From Sphyrna mokarran (Eukaryota): 64,000 nucleotides of DNA. The notes below the pieces were generated by a model that saw only the letters and a list, made by a program, of their open reading frames with translations, had not been told where the DNA came from and did not search any database. The position numbers and the translations under genes are program-made. The stretch covers positions 19,716,001 through 19,780,000 of the forward strand of contig JAGIQG010000028.1 in NCBI GenBank assembly GCA_024679065.1. The letters are read 5' to 3'. This document shows, piece after piece, positions 62,041 through 64,000 of the stretch (positions are counted from its first letter, which is position 1; every line of letters begins with the position of its first letter).

Positions 62041-62859
62041 ATAGTTTGATTAATACACCTGGAAATTAGTATTGAATAAGAAGTATTTTAGTCAGTGTTG
62101 GTCTACAACCTATAAGAACCTAATTTTAAATTACTTTTAAAAAAATATGAAGAGCTATTTGGTTGTTGTATTAGAGTACTTGTGGTCAGCTTCTTTGTAG
62201 ATTTGTTTAAAAAAAATATACATTCAAAGCTCTAAAACATTCTTGTCTGTGTTCTTGAACCTCAAAGGACTAGCTTAACTTGAGCAAGTGCTGTTATGGG
62301 AACCGAGGGGATTAATTAATTCAGTTAGGTGATATGGGTAGTTTTTTAGGGAAGGTTGTTGTCTTTTGGTGTCTTTTTTTTCTTCAATTGTTCAAATGAT
62401 TGTGGAAACCTGAAGCTAATATGTGACTGAATTCTGCAATTTTTGCTTGGGTTACACTGATTTCAGGCAAAATGCACCAAGAAAAACAGCACAGTTGAGA
62501 GGAAACTATATCTCCATTGTAAACCAGCTGGTAACTACCTGTGACACCCAGACAATGTGACTTACGGTATTGTGCAATATAATTCCTTGAGGTTTCACAT
62601 TTGATGCCATGTTCAGTGCTGAAATGACTGATCACAACTGGAGTAAAAAAGTTTATTTAATCTTTATATAGCTACTAAGGGAGGAGACTAAGAGGGGATT
62701 TTGATTCCTTATTGCTGTTCCATAACCCTGCTAAGAAGTGCAGGGGAGAAAATGTAAGGCTTTAATGTTGATGCAGATGATGCAACACATTAGCACAGAA
62801 TTGGAATTATCCGGTGTTCTGGAGGCTCCACTTAAAGAACACTGGTCCAATCTGATCAA

Positions 62860-63770
62860 CTTAAAGGTTGAGTGAGTGGGTAAGAACATGGCAAACAAAG
62901 ATATTATAGGGGAGTGTGAAGTTAATCGCTTGTTGGAAAAAACAGAAGCAGAGTCCATTTTAATCGTGAGAAAATGGGAAATGGTACTCAGAAGAATCCT
63001 ATGTTCAGGTACAGTAAAGAATTAGAAAAGCAAATAGTATGTTGGCCTTTATTACAAAAGGATTGGATATCCTACTATAATAATATAGCAATTTGGTGAG
63101 AACACACCTGGAATACTGAGTACAAATTTAATTTCCTTACCCAAGGAAAGATTTATTTGCCATGGGAGGAGCCCTAGAAGGGTCACTGGACAGATTCCTG
63201 GGATCAAAGGATTCTCTTAGGAGAAATTGAATAGGCTGGACCTATATTTCTTAGAATTTGAAAGAATGAGAAGCAGTCTTGTTGAAACATGTAAAATTCT
63301 TCAAGAACTTGAAAGGATGGATACTACAAGGATGTTTCCCCTGGTTGGGCAGTCCAGAAGTAATTTCTGGATTGTCCGGCTCTGTGACTCTTTTTAAAAA
63401 AACTTCTGTAGAGTTACATGAGTAGAGTGATTTTAAAAAAAGACAAAATGGACAAGTTGAACCAAAGGACTGTTTCCTTGCTGTAAACCTCTATGATCCT
63501 GTAAGTAGGGTTCATCTTAGAATAAGATCATGATCATTTAGGAATGAGATGAGAAATTTCTTCAATTTCTTCAAATTTTCTACTCCAGTGAGCAGCAGAT
63601 GCTCCGTATGTTCAAAACCAAGATTGATAGTTTTTTGGGTACAAAAAGAATTAAGGGATATGGAAAAACTGTGGGAAGTGGAATTGAGATTTGATGAGCA
63701 GAGCAGGTTTGAGGAATGAATGGCCTATTTCTGCTCCCATTCCTAATGTTTCTTCTATTCCAAAGTGACT
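62860..63770 (+). mobile_element. CR1 3' fragment (sense)
   Basis: ggtgagaacacacctggaatactgag (VRTHLEY), 3'UTR gaatgaatggcctatttctgctcccattcctaatgtttct. Confidence 0.8.
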
Positions 63771-64000
63771 TTTTAAAAATAGACAACCACTTTCTATATT
63801 GGGGTACAGTAGTTAGATTCTTAGCAAATTGACAAAGTAGCATTCAAAGGTTTTTAAGAAGTACCTAAAAGAAACAGCTTAACTTTCAGTGCCTCTTCCA
63901 TGGCTGCACACACAAGCAATCAGCAGATCCTCTCTGTGGCAATTAGTTCAGTCTGGGAGTGAAGTCAGTCTGTCTTTCTGTGGGCACTTGGCAAAGACAG

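Noticed and set aside
1-64000. CRISPR arrays, operons or other prokaryotic systems
   Set aside because: The window is spliceosomal-intron vertebrate DNA; no regularly spaced repeat-spacer array or bacterial-type gene was seen.

Overview
AT-rich vertebrate genomic DNA, most likely a shark or ray given its repeat content (CR1 LINEs, HE1/V-SINE-type, Deu-domain and SlmI-like SINEs, Penelope-type palindromes). The whole window lies inside one + strand gene, UBR4 (p600, giant N-degron E3/E4 ubiquitin ligase). I traced 42 GT-AG exons from 1 to 60859 that join into one uninterrupted frame of about 2200 codons. It runs from just after the UBR box through the beta-propeller, DOC-like, acidic/UIM-like, helical and Cys-rich regions, and the gene continues beyond both ends. 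Exon numbers are window-relative and family names come from recalled consensus sequences, not database searches. Main hidden items: (1) a 33-nt in-frame microexon flanked by RBFOX and NOVA motifs (25498-25530); (2) a decayed minus-strand DNA-transposon-like ORF ending in a correctly registered homeodomain (about 48430-52300); (3) a Penelope-type palindrome containing a complete minimal hammerhead ribozyme (1059-1261), with a deleted sibling carrying a 12-bp TSD; (4) a 249-bp templated copy of a UBR4 exon end forming a potential in-frame pseudo-exon (30204-30452); (5) a 3'-truncated 7SL RNA retrocopy (61864-62040); (6) a near-intact CR1 ORF2 (5653-8411).
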